NCBI RefSeq assembly: GCF_037042905.1
Contig: NC_087245.1
Span: 14,076,001 to 14,140,000, forward strand
Reading direction: 5' to 3'
Length of the DNA: 64,000 nt
From: Lytechinus pictus
Taxonomy: Eukaryota
How positions within the stretch are numbered: position 1 is the stretch's first letter; every line of letters begins with the position of its first letter. Below, piece after piece: positions 1 to 12,600 of this stretch. The notes under the pieces are model-generated. The model saw only the letters and a program-made list of their open reading frames with translations. It was not told where the DNA came from and did no database searches. The translations under genes and the position numbers were made by a program.

Positions 1-478
1 CAGTTCATCTGAATGCGATGATTAATTTGTAAAGAGTCAACAGTGAAAGGTGGGTATAGGCCTGACCCTGTCATTCGAATAGGTTTGCAAAACAAGAATG
101 CTTTAAAGTTCATCTTGATATATTTGTTTCTTGTTTATAATGAAAATTACAAAATGTCTTTCTACATATGAGGCCTAGGGTGCATTCTGCCAGAATCATG
201 AACATGTATACCATCATAAATCAAAACGTGGGCACGAAACACCGATTTAATTGGGACAGCACTCACCTTCCCTATTTATCCCTTGTTCCAAACCCACCCA
301 CTATGCATTACAAACAAATGAATTTGGCTCTAGTATTGTAGGCCTTTTCAGCATTTCATAGTTGAAAGACGATTTATTTTTAGTCATGAGGCTTGAGCTA
401 AATGTCTTCAAAACCATGTTTCTACTGTAAATAGTGTTGATTGCAATGGATGCAGCCATTGTCTTTTTCATTACTATG

Positions 479-621
479 ACATCTGGGTCCTGTAATACAA
501 AGGTTAGCGATTGATCGTACGCTTGGTTTTCACGATTGATTGTACATTGTAGTCAATGAAATCAATCGTAGAAAAGTATTTACGATCATTGCTAAGCTTT
601 GTGTTACAGGGCCCCAGATGT
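479..621. mobile_element. Short palindromic (foldback) MITE-like element
   Basis: acatctgggtcctgtaatacaaaggttagcgattgatcgta pairs with tacgatcattgctaagctttgtgttacagggccccagatgt; a degenerate relative lies at ~48142-48270. Confidence 0.7.
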
Positions 622-825
622 ATGGTCTACACAAAGACTTCAATAACAATTTTTTTATGTAGGGTCCGAAACTGTATGATGAGCACTTTCACAGAAAACA
701 ATATGAGTCATAGCTTTGTTTTTCTTACCAGCTATGCCTTGAAGAAAATGGGGATCATCAAAGCTGAAAGTTTGACCCCATTTATGGAGAGTGGGTCATG
801 GCTTTCTTGGTAACAAGGCAAATAT

Positions 826-1049
826 TAATCGCTAGAGGGTATTCATTTGTCTCGCAATCTACTATGGTCAACAAGGAAATTCGTGATCACTCTCGCAAAA
901 AGTGTTCACTAGCTTTCTAGGAAATTTGTGATTACTCTCGCAAAAAGTGTTCACTAGCTTACAAGTTCACGAGCTTTCGAGTGCCGCTGCAACTCTTACC
1001 TTGTTGACCATAGTAGATTGCGAGACAAATGAATACCCTCTAGCGATTA
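826..1049. mobile_element. MITE with perfect 51-bp terminal inverted repeats (TA at both ends)
   Basis: 826-876 is the exact reverse complement of 999-1049; internal ~45-bp tandem duplication (ggaaatt..ctctcgcaaaaagtgttcactagctt x2). Confidence 0.9.
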
Positions 1050-1200
1050 TTTCATTCCGCAATAGTGAACCTATTTCGTATTAAGGCGAATATTGTTGCA
1101 TTTTCATGTATTTCAGTATTACTATTGATAAATGAATGTTCATAATGTAAATATAGCCTAGACAGCAAATATCAACAAGAAAAAACTAGAATGTATTATC

Positions 1201-1687
1201 AGAGGGGAAGTTCACCTTGAAGAAAAGTTTGTTTTAGAAATAGCAGAAAAAATAATGAAAATTATAATGAAGGTTTGAGGAAAATCCATTAAAGTTCAAG
1301 ACGGTTTTTAGAATTTAAAGTTTTGGATCTGTGATGTCATAAATGAAAATCTGTCCCATATGTTACGTAATATAAAATCAATTTTTTAATGGTGATGACT
1401 TATTTTTGCTTACTTTTTATAAACTGGTGTGAAATGATTTGTCTATTGATTTACAAAAGGTACAGTAAAAACCATTTTCAATTTTCTGAGAAAATTACAT
1501 TAAATTGATTTTTTACCATAAGATATGTAGAAAAGCTGCTCACATATGATGCCACGAATCAAATAATTAGAAATCTAATAACTTTTTTATTCTTCCATAG
1601 ATTTTTTTCAAACTTTCAGCAATATTTTTATTATTTTTTCTGCTATTTTTATAATAAACTTTTTGTCAAGATGAACTTCCCCTTTAA
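1201..1687. mobile_element. TTAA/AGG-terminal MITE family 1 (Kolobok/T2-like), copy 1
   Basis: AGGGGAAGTTCAcc ... tgaacttCCCCT-TTAA termini with long imperfect internal IR; second copy at 40492-40967. Confidence 0.8.
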
Positions 1688-2639
1688 TTGCCAAATCAGA
1701 ATTTTACTACATGTACAAATATAGTCACTCAGTATACCAAATGTTCAAGCTGATAGTAACTTTGTCCAGGTTTCACAATTAAAATCACTTGTCAAGCTGA
1801 AATAATGATAGTTATCATTTTTAATTCAAATAGGAATCCATTGAGCTTTAGTTCCTTCATTCCAAGTGAATATTCATACATCACACATAATTTTAAGTGT
1901 CCTCTTCTGCTAGGCATAGCTTCTGTGTGTCGCAGGTTTACTGTGCTGGCTATATGCCTTCACATTTGGGCACTCTTGTGAACGTTGTAGCCTACAGCAA
2001 ATCTCAATTACTGTTTAAAATATTTTTTTGACAGTTGAAACTTCCATTTGGTCTGTAACTGATTTTTTTTTCATTAAACCCTTCCTCTTAAAAAATGCAT
2101 ACTTGTCTGTCAGTGGACAGCAAGTTTTCATTGATGAATCTACACAAAGCCTGTTATAATATTGGATAACTGGGAAACATTTACAAACAAGGATGTGGTT
2201 TTAAATCTATACCAAGCGCATAGATTTCTACCTCGTGACAAGGTCAAATAGGATTTCTAGGAAAGGATTATCCTCAGAGATGGAAGAAGATTTTTGTGTG
2301 TCTGTTTGGATGAGGGTTCCCTTGAACTGATGTTTATCTTCATCCCATGGACTAGCAAGTCATTTTGTGCAAGTCAAGTCAAGTAGACCTAGTCTGCTAT
2401 GCAGACTCGTTGAATCAGCTGTGATACACACACTGCAGATGTGGGTCTACATTTGTAGACTAGTCCCACATGGCCAGGTAACAATATATCAAACTGATAC
2501 AAATGATATTTCTTCTCTTTTGTGAACTAGAAAAATGGCTCTACATCTAAAAAAATGGCTCTACAAAACGGAGAAATTGCTCTCATTATTATGTTGTGTG
2601 TGTACTGACAATAAATTTTTTTCATGTTTTCCTTTATTT

Positions 2640-2755
2640 TTTGGACCCGTAAATTTTAGGTTTGGACCAGTAAAAAATGAAAAACCTGGGTATCTACTGG
2701 TCCGACATGAACAGGTTGGACCAGTAGAAAAAAAGGGGTTAATGTAAGAGCCCTG
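2640..2755 (-). mobile_element. One end of a hAT-like non-autonomous element
   Basis: Ends in ...taatgtaagagCCCTG (CAGGG terminus on - strand) with iterated ggaccagta subterminal motifs; other end not found. Confidence 0.45.
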
Positions 2756-2869
2756 CCAATGTAAATGCCGAATGCTAGTCCAGAGGATCACTTGTAATTG
2801 TTTCCTTGATCTCGTTCAGTGTTCCATCACACTCGACCGGTTCCTATTAGACCGGTCCTATAAAGTGAC

Positions 2870-3458
2870 TTAAAGGTCAAGTCCACCCCAGAAAATTGTT
2901 GATTGGAATCGATAGAGAAAAATCAAACAAACATAACGCTGCAAATTTCATCAAAATCGGATGTAAAATAAGAAAGTTATGACATTTTTAAGTTTCACTT
3001 ATTTTTCACAAAACAGTTAACTCAGCGATATGCAAATGAGAGAGTCGATGATGTCCATCACTCACTATTTATTTTGTTTTTTATTGTTTGAATAATACAA
3101 TATTTCAGTTTTTACAAATTTGACAATAAGGACCAACTTACATGTAACTTAACCATAAACTGTTAAAATAATGGTAATTCCACATGTTCAGGGAGAAATA
3201 AAACTTTGTTTCACTTGACAAGGAGGAGAAAATTAAAATATTTCATGTAACAAAATACAAAAGAAATAGTGAGGGGTGATATCATCAGTCTGCCAATTTG
3301 CATACCGACCAGGATGTTTTATGAAATTAAGTGAAACTTTAAAATGTCATAACTTTTTTATTTTACATCCGATTATGATGAAATTTCCAGTGTTTTGCTT
3401 GTTGGATTTTTCTCCTTTTTTCAAAACAATTTTTTGTTGGGGTGGACTTGTCCTTTAA
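2870..3458 (+). mobile_element. TTAA/AGG-terminal MITE family 2 (Kolobok/T2-like), copy 1
   Basis: TTAA-AGGTCAAGTCCACCCC ... GGGGTGGACTTGTCCT-TTAA; TTAA duplicated at both ends; largely self-complementary. Confidence 0.9.
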
Positions 3459-6220
3459 GTTTGAACAGGGTCTAATATTAATGTTCTATATCTAGTTCCG
3501 GACAAGTTCCCCAAAAGTGTTCATTTTAGCTTGTGCAAGCAATATTTGATTTTGTGCAATTGCAGATGTGCAGTAAAATCCATAATCTGGATGTTTTGGG
3601 AAACCTAGTTCCAATTTTTACCCCTCTTTCCCTGATGGTGATTATCTGTTCACCTGTTTCTATGGTTGTATTTTTTAACCCTTTTGGTATCTGTCCACTA
3701 CATAAGATACTTGGGAGGTGTATGAATATGTGTTATGATTCTATTATGTAGCCTTATTTGATCTTATTTAATTTCTCAACCTAGCAAATATATTTCTGTC
3801 TGTGTTGCATTTTCCCTTTACACTGTAGGTAAATACCTTTCAAAGTTGGTAATAATTTTGCCAGTTTTCATGGGAAACCAGTTATGTAGTTGTTTTCCTT
3901 TCATTGCCATTTCAAGGATTGTAGTGATTCTTTTTATTTTTTATTTTTTTTAATTCAACGGAAGCTGCTAGTGCAAAATAAATACAGTATGATATTACTC
4001 TTTGGATATATATTTTGTATGATATTAGGGGTCTGCATCAAGGATCATGACTCCAACCTCAAAATATTATCTCTTTAGTCTGAATAAGGTATAATTCTAA
4101 CTCTTTAGGAGTTAGTTTCATTTTGTAATTGTCCGAAGGGGCCTTGGAAAGCATTGATTAATTCCTTATGAATATATTTTGTCAATCAATAATTGAGATA
4201 CGGGTCAGAAATCTGCTGAGCCACATTACAACTCATCCATGTCAGTGTGTTGATGGAGCAACAATACAACCATTACATAATATTTAACAGAGATTTACGT
4301 CTATCAATTAGGTTATGTGTTGAACAGTATTATATTTCTGTATTCATCTGGCTCGTAAGTAAATCAAATTTATATGATTGCAATTTGCAAGCAGATGAGA
4401 TAATTTGGTATTATTTTCATCAGAAGGTTTTTAAATCGAAATCATCTTTGATCTGTATGATGATTTTAGAGCAATATGTTGGAAGCCATGCCTCATTTAT
4501 GGACCAAGCAGTAGGAAGTATCAAAACTAACAAAAGCATATTATTGAAGCAGGCTATTTTTATAAGTATTTATGATATCATAATAATTGGTATTATTTCT
4601 ATTCTATTAAACATCACATGTCCTGGGACTTTAGTTATTTGTTATCTCCAAGAACCTTGAGGATGTTTAATTGTGACTTGTATGGTATCTTTTTATTCCA
4701 TTTACATGTATGTTCATAGGCTTTGATCCTCGGAAGTATAAATGACTTATCACTTTCAAGGAACATCATCTGGTTCAATTTGAACTCATACCAGGCATGT
4801 TATAGATTTCTGAAAACAGTATCTTAGGGAATTCATATTTAAGGACCCAAGTAAAATTTATTAATTTTGTTAATCATGGCTTGGAGAATTTGAATCCATT
4901 GATTTTCTGGACTAATTATTGTTGAGATTTGTGCACACACCATTCTTGTTGTTTTTATTGAAGAAGATACATTAAAAACTATTTCATCTTTATATCCATT
5001 TTAGAATAGTTAGCAAAATGATGACAAGTTTTAAGTTTCCATATCTGGTAGTTGCACCCTTCTGCCTCGATGCGTATATCAAAAGATCTGGCACTCATTA
5101 CAAATGCTATATCCTCATTATTTATTGCTTGCCACATACCAATGATTCTTCCCAGTATTATTCCAAAGTCGCATCTTATATGATCAACAACGATGGACGT
5201 CAAACATTCTATTAGTTGTAGATGTCAAACGTTTAGACGGTTAATATGTCTTAGACGTCAGACATTAATTTCCTCGTAAGTTGCCATGTCTGTGCTTGAG
5301 ATTCCAAATGCAAGGTTCATTAAAGCTGCACTCAGGTTTCAACTACTACAGGTGATGACTGAAAGGCATCTAGGCCTATCCTTTTTTTTCATGAATTTGA
5401 AATCAATTTTGTACGAGGATACTTTGGGCCTGCATACACCTTTCTGATATCATTAAAAATAGACCTGAACAAGTCTGAAAGCTATTAATTTTGTGGTATA
5501 GATAGCTAGGCATATTATGACCCTTCTACATCTAAAGCAAAATCCATGAATTTATCTAGACATAGAAAGAAAATATCTTGACTTGATTGATTTTTTCCTT
5601 CTGTTCGTTCCTTTTGCACTATTTTGTAATGAACCTGTTACAGAGAAATTGATGTTAGGCGTATGTTTGCTTTCCCATTGCTCCAGTGTATTTATGCCCT
5701 GGACTGCAGTGCATTTCCCTGTTGATCTCAGCAAGTAACTCAAGATGTATTGTAAGGCCAAGGAAGTCAGGAAGCTATCACAAAAAATGAAATTCATGCA
5801 TGGGATTTAGTCAATAAGATGAAGTTGATTCATCTATGAATAGAGAACTGCAAGATTAGCTGGAGCCTGAGGAGGGTCTTGACACCAACAGCCGAGCAGG
5901 ATAATTGATGAAACACCTTGGCCCAGATCATGTGCCATGACATAGTTCTCCATATACCTCACTCTGACATGCTCTCACACTCTGATTTATTCCACACCAT
6001 GGTGAATATTTCCTGTCATGTCCTCATTCGTATGATGATCTTGTCTGCATTACCAAGGAGACACATTTATTATTACAGTCCTTCCGAATGTATTTTCCTG
6101 TTGCATCAGCAAGATATGGATGTGTTCAATCAATTTTTTTTCCCCAGCTAGAATCACATAGAGTTGCAACTCAAAATGCAAGTGCAAAAACTAGTTTTGG
6201 GAAGCATTCAGTCGCACACT

Positions 6221-6698
6221 AGGTGGTTTCAGACCGCCTCGAAGTTCGCCAGTTCCAGGTATTCTCTGATCGGGAAATTTACCCCGATCAGAAAATACCA
6301 GGTATTTTGGCGGTCTGAAAGCAAACTACGCGTAATATCCCCGAAAGAAAATACCCGATAAATAGTAGGTACTTGGCGAAATTACGAGAACTTTCGCGGG
6401 GATTTTTCCAAGGTCGTGGGTATTTTGGCGGTCTGAAAGCAAATTACGGGAACTTTTAGCCCAGCGTGTCGTTGGGTGCGGCGCCATGCATGGGTTGCTG
6501 CTGGGCTAGTGATTTTGAATTTCGCGCCTTGCTGCTTATCAGACCATACTGCGCATGCTCGTAACTTCAGGAACTTATCCCGAAGGGTATGTTTCAGGGC
6601 GGTGTGAATGCAGGAATAATTAATGGGTATTTTTCAGCCTAAAAAAGTTCTCGTAATTTAACGGGGATTCTTGTGATCGAGGCGGTTTGAAACCACCT
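6221..6698 (+). mobile_element. GC-rich MITE with 22-bp TIR (Harbinger-like), copy 1
   Basis: AGGTGGTTTCAGACCGCCTCGA ... TCGAGGCGGTTTGAAACCACCT, ACT on both flanks; internal repeat ggtattttggcggtctgaaagcaaa x2; second copy at 15892-16380. Confidence 0.88.
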
Positions 6699-6782
6699 AC
6701 TGTTTACCACTATTTTTAAGCCCACCCATAACTCTTAGCAGATCGGTAAGCTTGACCCAGGAAGTAAAGGTCAATTTTTTAT

Positions 6783-7252
6783 CCGGGGGGGGGGGGGGGG
6801 GGGGGGGTGGGGGGCAGTCAAATATATTGCTGTACACACGCATGACCAAGGAATTTCCAAACACCCCCTAAACAAGTTTTTTCTGTGTGCAAAATAACCC
6901 CCTAAACAAGTTTTTCGCGGGCTTTATTTACACATTTTGGCCCCTAAACAAGTTGTTGCCAAAATATGACCTCAGGGAAAAAGCTTGGGGAAAAACATAC
7001 CCTAAACACGTTTGGCTAGTCTTAAAAAAAAAATGTTTGGGGAAAAAAAATATACCCTAAATACGTTTGACCCTGCGATTGACCATTGACCAGTCTTTCA
7101 AAACCACCCTTTTTCTTGAAAATCTGTGTTTTTGACACCCATAACAAGTCTACGCGCGAACCGCGTCCAAAACTGAAAAAAACACCCCTTTAAACACGTT
7201 TTTTTGGTCACACGTGTGTACAGCAATATATTTGACTGCCCCCACCCCCCAG
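6783..7252. mobile_element. MITE with poly-G/poly-C termini and iterated CCCTAAAC motifs
   Basis: ggggcagtcaaatatattgctgtacacacg pairs with cgtgtgtacagcaatatatttgactgcccc; TTTTTAT on both flanks (candidate TSD). Confidence 0.88.
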
Positions 7253-9077
7253 TTTTTATTGTATGCAGTACATAACATTCCTGAACTGGTTGATGGCCTT
7301 TTGTAGAATTATGATGGAGATCACCATTAAGTTCAGTTGACTTTTAATGTCCATGGTTTGCATTTATTGCCTTTCAAATTGCAACTGTTATTGTTAAGTG
7401 TTTCATGCTTGCATATTTTTACAGTTGACCCAAAAAAGCGAGGGAAACTGATTTGAACTAGGTACAACTACATGTACAAAAAGTGTCCAATGGATGCAAT
7501 CTACAATTTTGTGCATGTACTACACTTTGCATCTTTGAGTGAATCGCGTATGTGAAATAAAAAAAACCATCTTCTTCTGTTCCTACCCCACTCAAAATCC
7601 TGGATTCCTTATTTCTATAAAGTGTAAATTTAGCAAAATTGGCACCACAGAAAATTTGGATGAGTGGTGACTTTCTATAGTACATAGAGTAGGACCTTGG
7701 AGGTTCATGGCATTGGCAAGCTGATGTAGAGGGGATTTATGAGTGGCGCTGTGTCCAGCTGATTAGCACAATGATTGATTTAACCCCACCTTCCCATTAA
7801 TCCCTTTCAATTGAGTGGATTAGCCTAATCCCCTTCCTCTATCCCACCTGTCAAAAGGTGTTAAACCATATATGCCTTCCAGTGACCTGATAGAGTTTGA
7901 TTTGAGGTCAAAGAGGAAAAGTTTATTGCCCCTTGATGAGACCTAAGCCATTTGATTTATTTTATAGTATATCAGTTTGTTTCTTTATAATGCTTTTACA
8001 TTTCATAAATTTTTCATATTACTTTTACACCAATTTGTACTTATTTATGAAACCATGATTTGAGTGAACAGATACATAGATCCTTTAATCCAAGACGATC
8101 TGGAGTATATAGTACACACCTGAGGTTATTTGTGGCTCATCCTGTTGCAGAAGCTACCCATGTTCCTTAATGTCAGACTTAAGTATTGTTGATTAGTTAG
8201 CAATTATAATTCACACCAATTATGAGATAAATGATGCACTATTTGCTGCGTTGTATGCTTACTTATTCTTGTTACCTGTCAAATAGGTTTGAAAGTTAAT
8301 TATTGAAATACATTAACCTGTAAATATTTTAACTACCCGGTATTTTGAATTTTGTGTTAACCTGATAAAACATATAACTAAAAAACGAAATTTCTCTCTC
8401 TCTCTTTATCTATAAAACTCCATAGTAATTACCAACTAGATGGATTTGATATTTTAAAAAATCTTTGAACATGTTTTTGTTAGGATTATGTTTTTTAAGC
8501 AAGTATGGTCTGTTTGCAAGTTCATGAGATTGACATGTATCATTCGTTGATTATAATTTTGTCAATTTATCATAAAGCATTGGCAATTATAGGTTTCACT
8601 TATTCTTGAAAATGCTTTCGAAAAAATGACAACAAACCATTAGTGCCAATGTCTGGAATAAATGAATTTCACCAATTTACATTTGAAATTACCATTTTAT
8701 ATATGACCAAAGTCACTTCATCAGCTTGTAGAGACAATATTAAACAGAAATTGCTGCATGTAGGCATGTATGTAAGCTATTTTGTTTATCTATCAGAAAA
8801 AACCTTTTGCAGGATGGTCCTTAAAAATTGTCTTAATTTTTGGGATAATTGCTTATTTTGTACCCTTAGAGTTGAAAACCTTGGAAAAATGAGTGATTAA
8901 GAAAAAAAGAAGATATTCCTCATTAGGATGACCTGTATATGACCTCCGGAATCTGTTGTCCCTAAACAGTTTGACTTTGAATCCTTGCTAATTTTAAATT
9001 GGTTTATTGAAACCTCTTTGCCTAGTTCGCTTGATACAAGGAAATAACTGTCATGGTACATGTACATGTACATTGCT

Positions 9078-9658
9078 TTAAAGGACAAGTCCACCCCAAC
9101 AAAAAGTTGATTTGAATAAAAAGAGAAAAATCCAACAAGCATAACACTGAAAATTTCATCAAAATCGGATGTAAAATACGAAAGTTTATGTTAAATTTTC
9201 GCTTAATTTCACAAAACAGTTATATGCACATCCTGGCTGGTATGCAAATGAGGAGACTATGACGTCATCCACTCACTATTTCTTTTGTATTTTATTATAT
9301 GAAATATGAGATATTCTAATTTTCTCCTCATTGTAAAGTGATACAATGATTAATTCCTCCCGGAACATTTGGAATTAGCATTGTTTAATACTATATGGGT
9401 CAGTCAAGTTGGTCCTTATTGTCAAATCTATAAGAAATGAAATATTGTTGTTCAAACAATAAAAAAAACAAAAGAAATAGTGAGTGATGGACATCATCGA
9501 CTGACTCACCAAGTTGTGCAATCACTGTTTTGTGAAAAATAAGCGAAACTTTAAAATGTCATAACTTTCTTATTTCACGTGCGATTTTTATGAAATTTTC
9601 AGCACTATTTCTCTATTTATTCAAGTCAGCATTTTCCTGGGGTGGACTTGACCTTTAA
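9078..9658 (-). mobile_element. TTAA/AGG-terminal MITE family 2, copy 2 (inverted relative to 2870-3458)
   Basis: TTAA-AGGACAAGTCCACCCC ... GGGGTGGACTTGACCT-TTAA; the asymmetric terminal bases are swapped relative to copy 1. Confidence 0.9.
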
Positions 9659-12600
9659 ATGACTGCCAGTAATCTTTATTTTAGACTATTGAATGTGCTG
9701 AGATACATGTAGTATTTCTACAATGTGATTATAAATAAGATTTCTAAGAAAATTAATGAATTAAGTTTCCATGTGGAATGATTTGATTTCTTATGTCACG
9801 ACCAGTGAAGGATTATATTTCCTTCTGTTTCATATTTTTTCTGATCAGTTTTGCATCCTGCTTAATTTACAATTACAATAAGGGATACAATTACAATAAG
9901 GGATACATATGTTCCTGGCATACAGTTGACAAATGGACTGTCCTAGATGCCTATTTTTATGTCATATCTAGGTTGAATTCTGCGTATAGTCCATGATTGG
10001 ACGCCTGCAATAGTCCCACATGCGCTTCCCTATATTATATCTGGGTTAAATCCTGTGTAAAGTCTGTGTTCGGAGGCCCACATTTATTTATACTTCTTAT
10101 CTACCCCTTTGGCTCTTCTTAATACATGAAAGGGTTATATATTTACTTTGCGTAATTCAGGTTATTTGTAAGGTCAGAGATTATGTTTATACAGAAGATG
10201 AGATGAGAATAAAATGACATGATGGAATTCATGTCCTTAGAAAATACAGTTACAGGTAAATGTTACAACAGAGGATGGTTAATATTGGATAAGAAATAGA
10301 AAACCAATTTATTAACCCATTTAGGACAGATTGACTATCTATTGACCCAAAACTATTTGATGCATTGTTGATCAATTCTGACAAGTTATATAATGATTTA
10401 AAAAATCAGGATCTGCTTTTTCAAATTTTAGCAACAATTCTCGAAGTCTATTTTTTGCCATCTTATTGTAGGGTTGACTTTTGAGGCAGATGGTCACATA
10501 ATCAATTTGCAAACAAATAAATGAAATCTTTGAACTGAATGTCTTTGAAATCTGTGCTTTTAAGATATTAAACTTTGTAGATTAGACACATCCTAATTAC
10601 TGTATATTACGACCCCCCCCCCTCCAAAAGGTAGAAATATAGGCCAACATGTATACTAAATAATTGATGGTCACATCATGTTCAGGTGAATTTGTGTTCC
10701 ATGGATCTATAGGCTAATTTTTTTCAGGTGTTTTGGGGTCTGAAAGTTAAAAAAAGTAAAAATTTCAGGGTTGGTTATTGCTCAAGTCGGCCATTTAGGC
10801 CTATACAGGTACATAAACATGTATATAGACCTTCTGTCTAGACGCTGACCTCACTTCCTTATAAATCCAAATATTAAAAATCCTTATATTATTAAAAGGA
10901 TGGCACTGTTATATGCAAAAGTAAAGTGAATACTTAATAATGATGCTATAATACTCGCGTAATTGGACCAGATTATTATGTTCACATGGAAGAATCCATG
11001 CAGAATGTTCACCCCCCCACCAATTAAAAAATTATTGTGAATTTAGGCCATGTAATAACCATATGAACCTTCTTTTTTTTAAATAGAATTTTCCCTGGCA
11101 ATATCATTTTGAAAATGAAAGTGCTTTTATATTGTATCAGGGTATTACGATGTCTCTTTGATGTCGCCCATTCTTCATCATTTTTTGTAATCAAACTGTC
11201 AAAAAATGTTCTTTCCTTTTGGAAATATAAAAAGTTAGCTTACAAGGCATCCCCTTGTCTGGTACTCTAGGTTTAGTGATGCCATGGAACCTCCTAAGCA
11301 ATCCACTAATAGCGTGATGAAAAGGGGAAAAGAATGACTATTCTGTTTTATAAGATATGGACACATCTGGAAAAATGAAAGAACTCTGAGAAATATGGAA
11401 TGCAGGGAAATTGATTGCTGTGTCAAGTTTGATTTGTTTGTGGGCAGGGCACTGGCAAATTCTGTAGAGCTCGAAAGCAGTATTTGCATCATAAGATCTG
11501 ACAAAAAAAGGAAAGGGAGTATATTATTGGTTGCTATGCCTATGGCCACGCTTAGGCCTATATATCTTTTGGATTGCCATTTCAAAACTGGCATTTTATT
11601 TTGAAAAATTATAGAAATAGAGAGAAAAAAAAATTTGCAAAGGGGCTAGCTATCACACATGGATATTTTAGCCAGCATTTGCCATTGTATGACAAGTCAT
11701 TCTCTCATGTAGGGCCTACTAATCCTATTTCTTGATCAATATCAAATCAAATCTTGATGATCACAAATTTATTTTGTAGTTAAAATCACTTATTATTAAT
11801 AAAGGGCAATTCTTGGTAGACTTTTTGGGCAGCATATGCTGACGTTTGTAGGCAACAGCAATATGTTTTATCATGTAATCATATTTCTTATGTTGGCCCA
11901 ATGATTAAATTCTTAATGTGTAGAATTGTGTTTGATATCAGAAAGACACATTAGAAAAATCAGCGTCACCCACAAACTTTGTAGAGCCCATGTATTGAAA
12001 CAATTGAATCATTTTTCTTAAACATCATTGAGATTGAAATAATAAAATTCATCAAAGTTCTGTATTTGGCAAATCATCATACATATTATATTTTTCACAA
12101 GTACCTACAGATGTAAAAAAATGCATATTTTCAATATTTTGTTATGACAAGCTGTAAGTACATATTTTACCTTGTAAACGTTTTGTTAACAAACAATAGC
12201 TCTCCAGTCACCCAAGGTGTATGAAAGAATTCCTTTGTCATTTATCCAGTAACCTTTTCATACTGCAAAGATAAACTAGACAAATGGTTACTCTGAGCAT
12301 AATGGCTTCAGATGCTTCTTTTAACTGTGACGTTTTGTATGTATACAATTTTGATATGATTGTTAAAATTTAAATTGATCAATTTTTCCTTGACATATCT
12401 AAATTTATATTAAAAAAATAAAAGCTTAATCACTTGAAGGCTGTCTATTGAATCATTATCATAGTTGATATGAATAGGGTATTGTTATTCATTATCCTTA
12501 TACTTTGCGTCACATTACCTGTATTCGCTCATGGAGACAGATGAAAAAGATAATTTTCTATGGATCTGTCTGGGGGAGTGTATTTGAATATGCAGGGAAC

